Assembly: GCF_000143415.4 (NCBI RefSeq)
Contig: NW_003314396.1
Coordinates: forward strand, 181,129 to 221,426
DNA from: Selaginella moellendorffii
Lineage: Eukaryota; Plantae; Lycopodiophyta
Direction: 5' to 3'
Length of the DNA: 40,298 bases
The translations under genes were made by a program, and so were the position numbers. Below are positions 38,191 to 40,298 of the stretch, piece after piece (position 1 is the first letter of the stretch; the number at the start of each line of letters is the position of its first letter). The notes under the pieces were generated by a model. It did not search any database, had not been told where the DNA came from, and worked only from the letters and a program-made list of their open reading frames with translations.

Positions 38191-39914
38191 AGGAGAGCTC
38201 AGTACTTTCAGATAGTAACAAACATCAAGTTGTTCCGTGCGACTTCATTGGAATCATCAAAAGACAGCAATCAGTGATTTTGAGAAGTAAGACAATTGTT
38301 ATTACTCTCGTTACCACAGGCTGATGGTTCATTCAGATGAGATTGTCAGTAAATTTTTATAACAAATGACGAGTTTATATGCCCAAGCAGACATATTTGC
38401 TTATGGCAAGGTCAGTAAGGAATCTATCATGTTCTTTCATGGTCTAAATGTTTCTTTCTTCATATCCCCGAGGAACCTCGGTGTTCTGGATTATTTGATT
38501 CCTCATAGAGTAAGTTCCTGAAGGTTCTTTCCTTGCAACTCTACAGTTACCTTGTTCTTGCAGACTTTCACAGGAAACCGTCCATCCCTAAGTGTGCTGT
38601 ATTATAGATCCAGATTACAAATGATCAAATCCAGATTTTGATTTGATATCAAGTGATGTTATCAAATTATCATCTATGTGCTGTTATCTTCAAAGATGTA
38701 GGCAATAACAGCATCAATGCAGGGAAGAATGCTGTATCCGCCATAAGGGTGTAAGTTTTGGAAAGCACTGTCATAGTTGCTCAAGAAAGAGAAAGAGATT
38801 GAAAACAATATAGGAAAACTCATGCATATGTACCATCATTCCCGCCCAGCAAGTGTCTGGTAAATCTGAGAGAAAAGCTTTCACACTCCCNNNNNNNNNN
38901 NNNNNNNNNNNNNNNNNNNNNNNNNNNNNNNNNNNNNNNNNNNNNNNNNNNNNNNNNNNNNNNNNNNNNNNNNNNNNNNNNNNNNNNNNNNNNNNNNNNN
39001 NNNNNNNNNNNNNNNNNNNNNNNNNNNNNNNNNNNNNNNNNNNNNNNNNNNNNNNNNNNNNNNNNNNNNNNNNNNNNNNNNNNNNNNNNNNNNNNNNNNN
39101 NNNNNNNNNNNNNNNNNNNNNNNNNNNNNNNNNNNNNNNNNNNNNNNNNNNNNNNNNNNNNNNNNNNNNNNNNNNNNNNNNNNNNNNNNNNNNNNNNNNN
39201 NNNNNNNNNNNNNNNNNNNNNNNNNNNNNAACTAACTTGAGTTCCTTCAACTCAATCATGAAGTAGACTGTCTCTCAGTTTCTCCGAGTGCCCAAGTCAG
39301 CTTGCAGGGAGTCTTGTGATGCTACAAATATTAAACCTGGTGAATCAATCCTCTTAAGAGTGCCTTGGCTGGGAATTGAGTAGCATGTGCATGGCCTTGC
39401 CACCAGTTTTCACCATCTATGCTCGGGACTACAAGCAAAAACTTTGTTAGCTTCTTCTCAGAGATGAAAGAAAAACTCAAGCTACCTTCTGCAGTTCCAT
39501 AGAGAAAAAGGACAAACCACATGTCATACAAATGGTAGATAGCTTATAAAAATTTGAGATTAGAATTTATGCTAGGGTCCTCCCATGATAAATTTAAATA
39601 ACGATATTAAAAAAATTAAAAACTTTCACAATAATCTTAATAAATTCAAATAATACAGCTTTTTAATTATTGATAATGTAGCTACTGAATAGTTATATTA
39701 CTATTACAGCAATATTAATGACATGCTTTGGAAATTAGGATTAGAGCAGTAACAAAACAAAGTGGAATTTTGTCATACATGATGACATTTTCACACTTTA
39801 ATGACAATACAGATTTACTTCATATTTTAAGCAAAGAAACTCTACTATATCATTCACCACTATAGTGTTCAGAAAATAATAATAATGTCACTAAAAATCA
39901 CTATTTTATAATAC

Positions 39915-39955
39915 AATAATAATAATAATAATATCAATTATATATATATATATAT
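39915..39955. repeat. (AAT)n and (AT)n short repeats in AT-rich decayed TE DNA
   Basis: Seen directly. Confidence 0.8.
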
Positions 39956-40298
39956 AAAATTATAAAACAAAACATTCTTGAGGATATTTTAAAATATAAT
40001 TATTTGTAATATCTTTATAAGTCAGAATAATTTTAAAAATCATTTTTAGTCTTCAAGATTAGCATTTTCCAAAAAGAAATTCTATATTGCAAGAACTACT
40101 GCTTTCTTCTAGCTGTAAGAAATTTCTCGCTTCATTAATACTATAGAATACCATTGTCTAGATAAAATATAAATTCTATTTTCAAGGTAAACTATAAAAG
40201 AGAAACATAATTTCAGCTGGGATTAACATGGATGTTGTGCCCAGCAATGCCCTTGCCATTTGGCAATTGCCAAATCCACGCCGCATTCTCAGCCCTCG

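Noticed and set aside
39540-40200. Possible minus-strand Helitron RepHel relic
   Set aside because: Similarity too faint to support without a profile search.

Overview
Eukaryotic plant genomic DNA with several N-gaps and very short (~45-60 bp) GT-AG introns. Intron size, a PLS-type PPR relic, a Penelope-like RT and TMC/Sfi1-type genes point to a seed-free land plant, probably Selaginella (inference). The core (17.3-27.9 kb) holds four apparently intact genes: a TMC-family channel (-), a coiled-coil protein (+), an Sfi1-repeat (centrin-binding-like) protein (+) and a small protein with only an EB1 C-terminal domain (-). The flanks are transposon-derived. They contain six Helitron 3' termini (hairpin plus CTAG), decayed Helitron coding DNA, intron-retaining gene fragments (kelch, kinases, USP domain, SNAP25-type SNARE, PPR, PurL, BIG ARF-GEF), a Penelope-like RT with an internal inversion, microsatellites and an unexplained ~320-bp GC-rich hairpin island. 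All calls are by eye, without database searches; exon edges are approximate.
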